Below are positions 9,758-19,724 of a DNA stretch of 50,569 bases, piece by piece. A program made the translations under genes and the position numbers. The DNA is from Cyanobacteria bacterium J06626_4 (GTDB taxonomy: Bacteria > Cyanobacteriota > Cyanobacteriia > Phormidesmidales > Phormidesmidaceae): assembly GCA_038523235.1 (NCBI GenBank), contig JBCBJQ010000037.1, positions 1-50,569 on the forward strand, written 5' to 3'. Under the pieces are notes generated by a model. It was not told the DNA's origin and made no database searches. It saw only the letters and a list, made by a program, of their open reading frames with translations. Position 1 is the stretch's first letter, and each line of letters opens with the position of its first letter.

Positions 9758-11320
9758 ATGGGCATGTCGCGGCTAGCACTACTGAGCGTATCGGACAAAA
9801 CGGGACTGGTGGATCTGGCCAAAGCGCTGGTGGAATCCTTTGACTTTGAGATCGTGAGCAGCGGCGGCACCGCCAACGCGATCGCTGAGGCCGGTCTGCC
9901 AGTCACCAAAGTTGCTGACTACACTGGCTCACCAGAAATTTTAGGCGGCCGGGTGAAAACGCTGCATCCCCGCATTCACGGCGGCATTTTGGGTCGTCCG
10001 GCCCTGCCCAGCGATGCCGAAGAGATGACGGCCAACGACATTCGAGCCTTTGATTTGGTCGTGGTTAACCTCTACCCCTTTGAGCAAACAATTGCCCAGC
10101 CCGATGTCGCGCTGCCTGACGCGATCGAGCAAATTGATATTGGCGGCCCCACCCTGCTGCGAGCGGCGGCCAAAAATCACGCCTACGTCACCGTGCTTTG
10201 TCAGCCCGACCAATACTCAATGTATTTGGCACAAATGGCCGAAAACGGCGGCGAAGCCTCTCCTCAACTGCGGCAAGACTGTGCTCGGCAGGCCTTTTGG
10301 CATACAGCGACCTACGATCAGGCGATCGCCAATTACCTATCCGCCTCAAAAGTCGAGGCGACAGCCGGGGCGGCTTTGCCCCAACGATGGACACTCACAG
10401 GCACGCAGCGCCAACTGCTGCGCTACGGTGAAAATCCTCACCAAGCGGCCGCCTGGTATCAAGCGGGCAACGTGCCCTCGGGTTGGGCCGCAGCGGAACT
10501 CGTGCAAGGCAAACCCTTGAGCTACAACAACTTGGTCGATCTAGAAGCCGCGCGGCGTATTCTGGCCGAATTTCCGCGCCAGTTGCCGGTGGCCGCCGTG
10601 CTCAAACACACCAATCCCTGCGGTGCCGCCCAGGGAGATTCGCTCGCTGAAGCTTATCAAAAGGCCTTTGACGCCGATTCAGTATCGGCCTTTGGCGGCA
10701 TTGTGGCCCTCAACCGCGCGATTGATCACGATACGGCAACGGCGCTCTCAAAGACGTTTCTCGAGTGCATCGTGGCCCCCAGTTGTGATGCCGATGCCCG
10801 AGAAATTTTGACCCAAAAGAAAAACTTGCGGGTGCTCCTGTTGCCCGACCTGTTCAGCGGCCCGGCTCATACGGCCAAGGCGATTGCCGGAGGCTTTTTG
10901 GTGCAGGCGGCTGACACGATTGAAGACGACCCCTCAGAGTGGGAAATCGTCACTGACCATAAGCCCGATGCTGACATGTTAGAAGAACTGCTCTTTGCCT
11001 GGCGCTTAGTCAAACACGTTAAATCCAACGCGATTTTAATCACCAAAAACCGCACCACACTAGGCGTCGGAGCTGGTCAGATGAACCGAGTTGGAGCCGT
11101 TAAAATTGCCCTAGAGCAGGCCAATGAGCAAGCTCAAGGCGCGATTCTAGCCAGTGATGGCTTTTTCCCCTTTGATGATTCCGTGCGCACGGCAGCGGCG
11201 GCGGGCATTAAGGCGATCGTGCAACCGGGGGGCAGCAAGCGCGACGAAGACTCGATCAAGGCAGCGAACGGGTTGGGGATAGTGATGGCCATGACCGGCA
11301 TTCGCCACTTTTTACATTGA
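9758..11320 (+). CDS. purH: Bifunctional AICAR transformylase/IMP cyclohydrolase
   Basis: ALLSVSDKTG, GRVKTLHP, IDIGGP, LRYGENPHQ, ASDGFFPF, RHFLH. Confidence 0.98.
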   Translation: MGMSRLALLSVSDKTGLVDLAKALVESFDFEIVSSGGTANAIAEAGLPVTKVADYTGSPEILGGRVKTLHPRIHGGILGRPALPSDAEEMTANDIRAFDLVVVNLYPFEQTIAQPDVALPDAIEQIDIGGPTLLRAAAKNHAYVTVLCQPDQYSMYLAQMAENGGEASPQLRQDCARQAFWHTATYDQAIANYLSASKVEATAGAALPQRWTLTGTQRQLLRYGENPHQAAAWYQAGNVPSGWAAAELVQGKPLSYNNLVDLEAARRILAEFPRQLPVAAVLKHTNPCGAAQGDSLAEAYQKAFDADSVSAFGGIVALNRAIDHDTATALSKTFLECIVAPSCDADAREILTQKKNLRVLLLPDLFSGPAHTAKAIAGGFLVQAADTIEDDPSEWEIVTDHKPDADMLEELLFAWRLVKHVKSNAILITKNRTTLGVGAGQMNRVGAVKIALEQANEQAQGAILASDGFFPFDDSVRTAAAAGIKAIVQPGGSKRDEDSIKAANGLGIVMAMTGIRHFLH

Positions 11321-11369
11321 GCTGCACTGAGTACATTGAGCTGCACTGAGTACATTGAGTTGCACTGAG
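11313..11369 (+). repeat. 19-bp tandem repeat x3 containing the purH stop codon
   Basis: TACATTGAGCTGCACTGAG x2 + TACATTGAGTTGCACTGAG, no spacers. Confidence 0.95.
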
Positions 11370-11455
11370 GGGGTGGAAGCCAGCTCAACTGCCCTTTACC
11401 CCACCGATCGCGTCTGGGCATTCCAGGGCCTGTTTACTCATCCCACCGGGAGAGC

Positions 11456-11641
11456 AAAGTCATATTCGAGACAAGGGCATGAGGCACACTTACCCGCCGG
11501 TTGAGGCAACAACCCGCTCTGAGGCTGGGCACCCAAGGCGAGGTGGGTATCGATCATCCCGCTGAGACCGGTTCAACCCACCCCATTCGTCCTTCACCAA
11601 AGGGGCAAGAAACAGGGTTTGGCTTAACCCGAACTGGCGTT
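11456..11641. mobile_element. Degenerate MITE copy related to 25640-25812
   Basis: Right end CTTAACCCGAACTGGCGTT; eroded left end AAAGTCATATTCGAGACAAG; internal CGAGGTGGGT...AACCCACCCCA shared with the intact copy. Confidence 0.6.
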
Positions 11642-11849
11642 CATTAGTCGTTGTGGCTGACAGAATCGGGATTAAAGCCTGAGCTGCCGCAATGCCTGAA
11701 ATTAATTTCGTCGCTCAGCAAATCAGCTAGATTGATGTGTCTCACAACACACCGTGGCGGAGCGATCGCCCACCGAAATCAAACTAAATCCGACCTGGGT
11801 AATTGCTATCGTCCGAGTGAATCTGCATTGTGGAGCTGACCCAAACACG

Positions 11850-12530
11850 ATGAATTATTTCTCGACGCTGATTACCTTACTGCGCGATCGCCCCAGCTTT
11901 TTAGAAGAAATTCGCAACGGCACCAAACTAGAATCGAAAATTGTGGCGCTGATTGTCGCCAGCTCCTTATTTTTTGCAATTTATGGCGCTATTGTCGGGG
12001 CCTCCAACGGTTGGCAGCAGATGTTGCTTTCGACGGTTAAGCTACCGGCTTTATACCTGCTGACGCTGCTGATTTGTCTGCCAACCCTCTACTTCTTTGA
12101 CATTCTTTTTGGCTCACAGGCTAGCTTCAAGCAATACGCTGTTCTGAGTTTAACGACCGTTTCGGTCATTAGCGTGCTGCTCTTTAGCTTTGCACCCGTG
12201 ACGCTCTTCTTCCTGATCTCAATTCGCGATTATCATTTCTTTCTGTTGTTGAATGTGGCTATCTTTGCGCTGACCGGCTTTATCGGCGTACAGCTCTTTT
12301 ATCGCGGCGTTAAAAGCGTCATGAAATTTGACGAAAAGACCCCGCCAATCCGTCAAAGACTGCTGCTATTTTGGCTCGTCCTCTATGGTTTAGTAGGCAG
12401 TCAACTGGGCTGGACGCTCAGGCCCTTTTTCGGTGCACCCGGAGAGCCGTTTCAGCTGTTCAGGCCCATCGAAAGTAATTTCTACGCTCAAATCATTACC
12501 AGTATTCGCTGGTTTTTGTTCGGAAATTGA
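11850..12530 (+). CDS. Conserved multi-pass membrane protein
   Basis: About 5 hydrophobic segments; C-terminal LVGSQLGWTLRPFFGAPG motif. Confidence 0.8.
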   Translation: MNYFSTLITLLRDRPSFLEEIRNGTKLESKIVALIVASSLFFAIYGAIVGASNGWQQMLLSTVKLPALYLLTLLICLPTLYFFDILFGSQASFKQYAVLSLTTVSVISVLLFSFAPVTLFFLISIRDYHFFLLLNVAIFALTGFIGVQLFYRGVKSVMKFDEKTPPIRQRLLLFWLVLYGLVGSQLGWTLRPFFGAPGEPFQLFRPIESNFYAQIITSIRWFLFGN

Positions 12531-12623
12531 GTGCTCTCAAGTATGAATAACGACCGGCAAAGACTCTTATCAGCCAGGGTAGAACATGACTTTTCGATCT
12601 CAGTTTGCCAACTTAAATCGCGT

Positions 12624-13328
12624 ATGAAATCTGATTTAGAGGATTTAATCATTAGTCAAGATCAGCTTGAGCAGCTCACAGAGTTAGAAGTCGGCAAGAT
12701 ATTTATCGGTGGCGTGGTCAGGCCGTCAGCGCTCCGATCGCCCGGTCAACTCGGTTCGTTTTTAGTGGCAGAATTTTCGCTCCTGGCGGTTGTGTTTATT
12801 GTTTGCTTGGGCCTTGGGTTAGTCATCGTCCGCAGTTGGGCCAGCTTCAGCAACCTGTTCGGGCTGATCGCAGTTGTAATCGGGGTGACGATCACGGTGG
12901 CGATCGCCTGGAATGGCTATCAGTGGCAGCGCTACAAAGCTCTCAAGACGCTGTCGCATCTGCTGGATGAAGTCGACCGACACAACGACATTGTGCAAAC
13001 GATTCGAGTGATGGATGAGTTGCGCCTCGCCCAGTCGCCCGCCGCTGCCTCCAGCATGCTCAATCGCACCGAAATTATCGCAGCGCTACAGGCGACTCGC
13101 GACAGTTTGATCTCCGCCTTGATGACGGAGCGAATTTTGCGCTGCCATCGGACTGTGCTCCAGCAGGGCCGCGACCTGATGGGCAGCATTGAAACCAACT
13201 TGGCCGCGCTGCAGGCGCTCCATGTCAGCAATCAGGCGACCGAATATCAGCAGTTTTTGCAAGAAGCGCTGGAAATTGGGTTGGCAGTTCAGCAAGAGAT
13301 GACCACTAAAACCGGTGCAGACAGTTGA
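12624..13328 (+). CDS. Hypothetical protein with two TM helices and a coiled-coil C-terminus
   Basis: Long ORF co-oriented with the upstream gene. Start could be as early as GTG 12531. Confidence 0.7.
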   Translation: MKSDLEDLIISQDQLEQLTELEVGKIFIGGVVRPSALRSPGQLGSFLVAEFSLLAVVFIVCLGLGLVIVRSWASFSNLFGLIAVVIGVTITVAIAWNGYQWQRYKALKTLSHLLDEVDRHNDIVQTIRVMDELRLAQSPAAASSMLNRTEIIAALQATRDSLISALMTERILRCHRTVLQQGRDLMGSIETNLAALQALHVSNQATEYQQFLQEALEIGLAVQQEMTTKTGADS

Positions 13329-13435
13329 TCACCTCTCGTTCATCATCAGCGATGGCCTCATCGTCAGGCATCTGTACTTAGATAAGGTCTCGAGGATCGG
13401 CAATTTTCCGTAGAATCCTAACCCCGCAATTGGGG

Positions 13436-13485
13436 CAGCCAAAGCCATCGCAACTCTCTTAGCGGCGATGGCTTTGGCTGTTTTA
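13436..13485 (+). terminator. Intrinsic terminator
   Basis: Perfect 16-bp stem CAGCCAAAGCCATCGC / GCGATGGCTTTGGCTG followed by TTTT. Confidence 0.85.
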
Positions 13486-13878
13486 TAAATCCGCTAACGA
13501 GCGATCGCTTAGATAAAAAAGCGATTAAAGGCACCGGCATCCAGCAGTTATTCTTGGTCGGACATTGCCTAGGGAATTTCACCTGCTGTAGCCTCTGTCT
13601 CCAGGCATTGCTTCAGTCACTACGGTGTAGAAAATTGGCACAAAACAGATTTTCTACACTCGATGGTGGAAAATAACGGAACCATCATTGGTTTTGGTCA
13701 CGACATCATCCAAGCCAGATTTGATTCGCAAACTCTTTAAGAACTTGTTTGTAACTTCATCAGGAGTCCGGGAAGGCTGCGTGTAGTTCTGATTATCAAG
13801 TGTCAACTTCTATACGTGGCTATTGAGGTGAGTCCTCAGGCAGTTGGTGAACCGCGTCGAATGCTCATCTTCCCTTCT

Positions 13879-14682
13879 ATGGACAATGCTATGGCTAACT
13901 CAATCGCTGCCAGAATCAATCATCAAACCGCAATGCCCGGCATCATTGGCGGGGTCGGGCCACTCGCCCATATTCAGTTTGAGCAGATTTTGTTGAACCG
14001 CAGCTGCCAGCGCGGGGCCTGTCGCGATCAAGATCATCCTGAATGGATCTTGATGAATGCGACCCAGATTCCCGATCGCACCCAAAGCATTCAAGGGCTG
14101 GCCCCAGACTGCACGCCTTGGTTAGTCAAATATGGCCAGCGATTAGAACGGGCTGGTGCTGACTTCTTGATTGTGACCTGCAATACCGCCCACGCCTTTT
14201 ATCCAGCAGTCCAATCTCAGTTAACGATTCCTTGGATTCCGCTGATGGGCGCGACATCGCAATGCATTCGTGAACAATATCCCCGAGTTCGCCGGGTCGG
14301 CATTTTAGCCACAGACGGGACGCTGCAAACTCAGCTATATCACAAAAGTTTAAGCCGAGTCGGTCTCAAACCCGTCAGTCCCGCGCTCAGCTCACCCATG
14401 CAAAAACGTGTCATGCAGTCGATCTACCATCCGGAATGGGGAATAAAAACCACAGGCGTGCAGGTGTCGAAAAAAGCGCTATTGGATTTGACTCATGCAA
14501 CCCACTGGCTCAAAGATCAAGGTGCTGAAGTAATCATCGCTGGCTGCACTGAACTCTCGGTGGGTCTGGCGCAGATTCCCGATCTTCCCCTGCCGTGGAT
14601 TGATCCCTTAACGGCGATCGCCGATATTACGCTTGACCTCGCCCATGGCAAGCGTACTGCTGAAGCCCTAATCGCTGCCTAA
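13879..14682 (+). CDS. Aspartate/glutamate racemase family protein
   Basis: GIIGGVGP, DQDH, IPDRT; catalytic TCNTAH and GCTELS cysteines. Start uncertain (13816-13933). Confidence 0.92.
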   Translation: MDNAMANSIAARINHQTAMPGIIGGVGPLAHIQFEQILLNRSCQRGACRDQDHPEWILMNATQIPDRTQSIQGLAPDCTPWLVKYGQRLERAGADFLIVTCNTAHAFYPAVQSQLTIPWIPLMGATSQCIREQYPRVRRVGILATDGTLQTQLYHKSLSRVGLKPVSPALSSPMQKRVMQSIYHPEWGIKTTGVQVSKKALLDLTHATHWLKDQGAEVIIAGCTELSVGLAQIPDLPLPWIDPLTAIADITLDLAHGKRTAEALIAA

Positions 14683-14697
14683 TCGAGGTGACTGACC

Positions 14698-15696
14698 GTG
14701 CCTAGCTGTCTAGATTTCCAAGCCCTTCGCCCCCCCGAATTTCCCCTGCGGCGAGCCCTTACTTTTGTAGTTTTGACTGTCTTGCTCTGGGTCGGGATAG
14801 CGCTTATGGAAGTGGCTCCAGCCTATGCCCATGCAACTAGTAGCTCAGCAACCAGTTCTAAGAGTAGCCTCACAGCATCCACGACTCAGTCTCAGAGAGG
14901 CAGCAGTGAAGACGCGACTGCGACCGGGGCCACGATGCCCCCGGATATTGCTCAAATTTTAAAGCGCGGCAAGTTGGTGGTGGCCGTGTTGGGCAATGAT
15001 AATGCCCCTTTCTTTATGGATACGGGGGAGGTGCAGCCCGGTGGCCTAGACATTCGACTGGCTCAGGAGATCGCCGACCAGTTAGATGTGAAGTTAGAGC
15101 TCAACCGCACTGCCGATACTTTCAACGGCGTCGTCGATACAGTTTATAACCGAGAAGCCGATTTAGCGATCTCGAAGATTAGCCGCACGATGAAGCGCGC
15201 CAGACGTGTGCGGTTTTCGCGCCCCTATCTGCAAATGCGTCAGGGATTGTTGGTCAATCGCCTATTGCTCGCCCAACAAACAACGAATGAAAATGTGGTC
15301 GAAGCGATTCGGCAACTGACGGGCGACGTTGGGGTGATTATGGGGTCTTCTTACGTGGGCTTTTTGCAACAGCGATTTCCCAAGGCCACGATTGTGGAGC
15401 TGGAATCTTGGGAAGATATCGTGGCCGCCGTGAGCAGCGGCGAGATTTTGGCCGGCTATCGCGATGAGCTAGAAATCAAAAAGGTGGTGCTGACCAAGCC
15501 CGATGCGGCCCTGCAACTGAAGACTGCCGTACTTACCGACACGCAAGACTCGTTAGCCATGGTGCTGCCTTGGGATAGCTCGCATCTCTTGGCCTTTGTC
15601 AATCAATACCTCGACACCTTAGAGACTGACTTGACTGTGGATGGCATCTTAGAAGAATTTTCATCCTATTGGGAGGCCCAAAAATCGGCTTCCTAG
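14698..15696 (+). CDS. Periplasmic amino-acid binding protein (SBP family 3)
   Basis: Signal peptide ending AYA, S/T-rich linker, ILKRGKLVVA, GLDIRLAQEIA, ADLAISKIS, RFSRPY. Confidence 0.9.
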   Translation: MPSCLDFQALRPPEFPLRRALTFVVLTVLLWVGIALMEVAPAYAHATSSSATSSKSSLTASTTQSQRGSSEDATATGATMPPDIAQILKRGKLVVAVLGNDNAPFFMDTGEVQPGGLDIRLAQEIADQLDVKLELNRTADTFNGVVDTVYNREADLAISKISRTMKRARRVRFSRPYLQMRQGLLVNRLLLAQQTTNENVVEAIRQLTGDVGVIMGSSYVGFLQQRFPKATIVELESWEDIVAAVSSGEILAGYRDELEIKKVVLTKPDAALQLKTAVLTDTQDSLAMVLPWDSSHLLAFVNQYLDTLETDLTVDGILEEFSSYWEAQKSAS

Positions 15697-15790
15697 AAAG
15701 CTTTATCGTGATCGCGCAGCCGACCATTGCTCCTTAAACGCCTCGGCCCATGACCGTCTCTCCCTACCATCGCTGGACATCGCACTCACC

Positions 15791-17131
15791 ATGACAACTT
15801 TTCTCAAAAGACGATCGCTGCCCCCCCTTTCACTGGAATGGTTACGAAGCCCGTGGTGCATCTCACTCAGCGTCGTTTTAGGTATTTATATTGGCACCTC
15901 ACATAAGCCTTTGGCTGAGGCTATCACCCCAGTCGGCAACCTGTATTTAGGGCTGCTGAAAATGTGTGTGTTGCCGATTTTGCTCTCAGCGATCTCTAAC
16001 AGCATTGGGCGATTGATGCAGAGCCATGACGCCAAGCAGTATGTCCAGCGAATTTTGGTGGTGTTTCCCACGGCGATGGTGGCCGTGAGTGGGTTAGCGG
16101 TAGTGGTCGCCTCCATCACCGGGCCGGGTCGCAACCTGTCGACCGCCACGCTAGAAAGTTTGGGGGGCTTAGTCAATCAGTCAAGCATCGACTTAGAAGT
16201 TTCTTTGAGCGGTCCCCTGCCGGTAGAAGAAGCGGGCCCCGACGTCGGCTCTTTTTTAGTCAGCATGGTGCCTGACAATATCTTCTCAGCTTTGAGTGAG
16301 GGCCAAACTCTGAGAGTTTTGATTTTTGCCATTGTTTTTGGCGTTTCTTTAGGGCTGATCAAAACCGCCAAAACGGAAGCCATGTTCGACGTTCTTGACA
16401 GCATTTATCAAGCCTTTAATCAGGTCATTCACTGGCTGACCTATCTCCTCCCAATTGGGTTGTGTAGCCTCCTGGCTACCCAGCTGTCGAAAATCGGGCT
16501 GGATGTGCTGTTTTCGATGGTCAACTTTGTGGTCGTGGCGATGGCGCTTTTCGCGGCTGTCTACATTGTGGGTACGGGCGTCATTTGTTGGCGGTCTAAA
16601 CAATCGCTCTGGACCGTCTTGAGAGCACTGAAAGATCCCACCATCTTGGCGCTGGCCACGACCAGCAGCTTAGCCTGTCTGCCGGCGGCGATCGCCAGCC
16701 TGCATGAAGATCTGAACTTTGATCGTCAAACGACCGATTTAGTGACGCCACTTTCCATCACCGTGTGTCGCTTTGGCTCCATCATTTATTTCGCAGCGGC
16801 CACCATGTTTGTCATGCAGCTTTACCAAAAACCGCTCGACTTTGGCACGCTCTGGGTGATTTTGGTGGGCTCGGTGTTGGCGGGTATGGCCACGTCAGGG
16901 GTGACCGGTATTTTGACCTTAACCATGCTGGGGTTGGTGCTCGCCCCCCTGAAGCTGCCGCTGGATGCAGTGCTGGTCCTCTTTGTCGCGATCGACCCGA
17001 TTATCAACCCCTTCCGCACGTTGAGCATTGTGCATACAGGCATGGCCACGACGTCCGTGATTGCGAACCTACACACCGAACATCAGCCAGTGGTTGCCAG
17101 TGCCTCTGGGTTTCCTACCGAGGCCGTCTAG
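15791..17131 (+). CDS. Dicarboxylate/amino acid:cation symporter (DAACS/SLC1 fold), atypical motifs
   Basis: GNLYLGLLKMCVLP, MVPDNIF, hairpin motif TTSSLACLP, TM8 DPIINPFRT. Confidence 0.9.
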   Translation: MTTFLKRRSLPPLSLEWLRSPWCISLSVVLGIYIGTSHKPLAEAITPVGNLYLGLLKMCVLPILLSAISNSIGRLMQSHDAKQYVQRILVVFPTAMVAVSGLAVVVASITGPGRNLSTATLESLGGLVNQSSIDLEVSLSGPLPVEEAGPDVGSFLVSMVPDNIFSALSEGQTLRVLIFAIVFGVSLGLIKTAKTEAMFDVLDSIYQAFNQVIHWLTYLLPIGLCSLLATQLSKIGLDVLFSMVNFVVVAMALFAAVYIVGTGVICWRSKQSLWTVLRALKDPTILALATTSSLACLPAAIASLHEDLNFDRQTTDLVTPLSITVCRFGSIIYFAAATMFVMQLYQKPLDFGTLWVILVGSVLAGMATSGVTGILTLTMLGLVLAPLKLPLDAVLVLFVAIDPIINPFRTLSIVHTGMATTSVIANLHTEHQPVVASASGFPTEAV

Positions 17132-17252
17132 GTAGCAATATCAACCCCGGCTTTCATGCGGACAGGACGCTGACAATTTTGAGGCAGCTTCCTGTTCGAG
17201 TTGAATGAATCTGAGCTAGGCTGGCCACTAATGCAATACCAGAGATAGCCCG

Positions 17253-17672
17253 ATGATCGAAACCGGCAAAACCGTCAAGGTTCATTACACCGGCACGTTA
17301 AACGATGGTTCAGTGTTTGATTCTTCGCAAGGGCGTGATCCGCTCGAATTTCAAGTCGGCTCGGGCCAGGTGATTCCCGGCTTTGATGCTGCGATTCAAC
17401 AAATGGATGTGGGCACGACCCAAACTATCAAAATTCCCAGTCAAGAAGCCTATGGTGCCGTGCGTCAGGATATGATCGCGCTGATTCCGCACGAGCAGTT
17501 TCCTAAAGATCTCAATCCTGAGGTGGGCCAAACGCTGCAGTTACAGACCCCTGAGGGAGCGCTGCCCGTGCGGGTATCAGATGTCAAAGATGAGGGGGTG
17601 ATCATTGATGGCAATCATCCTCTGGCGGGTGAAGACCTGACCTTTGAATTGACGTTGGTCGAGGCCGCCTAG
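17253..17672 (+). CDS. FKBP-type peptidyl-prolyl isomerase (SlyD/SlpA-like)
   Basis: VKVHYTG, FDSS, GQVIPGF, AYG, DGNHPLAGEDLTF. Confidence 0.95.
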   Translation: MIETGKTVKVHYTGTLNDGSVFDSSQGRDPLEFQVGSGQVIPGFDAAIQQMDVGTTQTIKIPSQEAYGAVRQDMIALIPHEQFPKDLNPEVGQTLQLQTPEGALPVRVSDVKDEGVIIDGNHPLAGEDLTFELTLVEAA

Positions 17673-17984
17673 GCGAACCGGACGATGTGCTGCCGATGAT
17701 TGCTGCAGGCGGCGGCTCTGAGGTGTGAGCCCGCAGGCACCCGGACGCACCTCAGACGTGCCAGCCCTTGGCGATCGGCCAGAGTTAGAGTATGGCGATC
17801 GCGCTTCATCAAATTCAGTTGCGATGATTGGCTGACAGCAGTCTCAGCAACAGCCAGATTTAGGATAAAGTTCTGTCACAAATAAAGTGGGTTGCGGAAA
17901 GGTTCTTTACCGTTATCTTTGTTCCTAAACCAGATCACTGTTCCTAAAACAAAATTACTCTGACTGTCGGCTAGAGATGAAACC

Positions 17985-19037
17985 ATGGGCGAGTCTGAAC
18001 AAATTCGAGTCGGTGTTGTGGGCGCTTCGGGCTACGGAGGTGTCCAGTTAGTGAGGCTGCTCAGCGAGCATCCCCAAGCAGAAATCACCTATTTAGGAGG
18101 GAGTCGCAGCGCCGGCAAACCCTATAGTGAAATTTATCCCCATCTCTCACTGCCGCTGACAGTTGAACCCGTTGAGGTCACCGCGTTAGCCAATCGATGT
18201 GATGTGGTGTTTCTCTCGTTGCCCAACGGCATTGCCTGCACCCTAGCGCCCGAACTGCTGGCCCGAGGCTGCAAAGTTTTAGATCTCTCTGCCGATTATC
18301 GATTTGCCGATCTGCAGATCTATCAAACCTGGTATGGCAGCGATCGCACCGATGGCGCGGTCAACCAGCAAGCGGTTTATGGCTTGCCTGAGCTATTTCG
18401 CAATCACCTGCCTGGGGCAAATTTGATCGGCTGTCCGGGCTGCTATCCCACTGCGAGTTTGCTGGCGATCGCGCCGCTGCTCAAACAGGGCTTAGCGCAG
18501 CCAGACAGCCTGATTATTGACGCCAAGTCCGGGACTTCTGGCGGGGGGCGTCAAGCCAAAGAGCACCTGCTGCTGGCTGAGGCCGATAACTCTCTAGCGG
18601 CCTACGGCGTGGGCAAACACCGCCACACGCCAGAGATTGAACAAATCTGCTCGCGCCTAGCCGGTCGAGAGGTCATGGTGCAATTTACCCCTCACTTAGT
18701 ACCGATGGTACGGGGCATTTTATCGACGGTTTATGCCAATCTGCGTGATCCGGGCCTCGTGCGCGAAGATCTGCACACGATCTATTCAGCGTTTTATCGG
18801 CGCTCTCCGTGGGTCTCTGTGCTGCCCACGGGCACCTATCCTCAAACTAAGTGGGCCTGGGGCACCAACCGCTGCTACATCGGCGTTGAGGTCGATGCCC
18901 GCACGGGTCGGGTCATCGTGATGTCGGCCATCGATAATTTGATGAAAGGGCAGGCCGCCCAAGCCGTGCAGTGCTTCAATCTGATGTATGACCTAGATGA
19001 GCAGACGGGTTTGCCGCAACAAAGCTTTTATCCTTAG
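17985..19037 (+). CDS. argC: N-acetyl-gamma-glutamyl-phosphate reductase
   Basis: [35 protein letters not shown]. Confidence 0.97.
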   Translation: MGESEQIRVGVVGASGYGGVQLVRLLSEHPQAEITYLGGSRSAGKPYSEIYPHLSLPLTVEPVEVTALANRCDVVFLSLPNGIACTLAPELLARGCKVLDLSADYRFADLQIYQTWYGSDRTDGAVNQQAVYGLPELFRNHLPGANLIGCPGCYPTASLLAIAPLLKQGLAQPDSLIIDAKSGTSGGGRQAKEHLLLAEADNSLAAYGVGKHRHTPEIEQICSRLAGREVMVQFTPHLVPMVRGILSTVYANLRDPGLVREDLHTIYSAFYRRSPWVSVLPTGTYPQTKWAWGTNRCYIGVEVDARTGRVIVMSAIDNLMKGQAAQAVQCFNLMYDLDEQTGLPQQSFYP

Positions 19038-19391
19038 GACGCTGCTTCAAAACCGCCGCCCTGCGCGCCGGGATTTGACCCTGCTCAACTCTGACGGACC
19101 ATTGTCTGCTCTGAGGTCATGATTGCAGCGCCGATCTGGGTCATTCATAGTCAGCCGCTACCACTCAGAACACCCTCCCGATGAGCCCTGGCCTGGGAAA
19201 TAAACTGGCTGCGGGGCATCGCGGCGCGGCTGACCTCCGACGCTTTTCCTCATTCATTGGGGGTGTCGTGCTCGCGTCATGCGCCGTTGCTATGATGACC
19301 TTGAATAGCCAACAAGTCCGTCGTCTTGGCGGCTAGTATTGTTTGCCTGACGCCTGGCTGCTCAATCCTGTCCGTTTTCGATGATGTTGTG

Positions 19392-19688
19392 ATGACTGAT
19401 CTTTTAACCCTCGACCATTTTGCTAGTTGGATTTTGAGCCCACTCTTGGGGCTTTACACCCTGTTGTTTATCGTGCGCATCGTGCTGACTTGGTATCCTG
19501 AAGCGCAGGGCGATCGCTTTCCCTTCAATTTAGTGATGGTGCCCACTGAGTTTTTACTCATTCCCGTGCGCAAGGTCGTGCCGCCCTTTGGCGGGGTCGA
19601 TATCTCCCCCATCATTTGGGTGGGGATCACCACCCTCCTGCGAGAAGTCTTGCTGGGGCAGCAAGGGCTTTTGCGCATGTTGGCCTAG
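19392..19688 (+). CDS. YggT family membrane protein
   Basis: IVRIVLTWYP...PTE...RKVVPPFGGVDISPI. Confidence 0.9.
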   Translation: MTDLLTLDHFASWILSPLLGLYTLLFIVRIVLTWYPEAQGDRFPFNLVMVPTEFLLIPVRKVVPPFGGVDISPIIWVGITTLLREVLLGQQGLLRMLA

Positions 19689-19689
19689 C

Positions 19690-19724
19690 CAAGGTGGCGT
19701 CCTCTCATGGGGCACGCCACCTTG
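19690..19724. terminator. Stem-loop after yggT (possible terminator)
   Basis: CAAGGTGGCGT / ACGCCACCTTG 11-bp perfect stem; no U-tract. Confidence 0.5.

Noticed and set aside
11313..11369. 19-bp repeats as a mini CRISPR array
   Set aside because: Units are directly adjacent with no spacers, are too short, and no cas genes are present
17920..17958. Direct repeat TGTTCCTAAA x2 upstream of argC as a regulator site
   Set aside because: Only two short copies in an AT-rich leader; matches no motif I can name
19040..19390. Possible small gene such as psbX upstream of yggT
   Set aside because: No ORF with a PsbX-like sequence was found by eye
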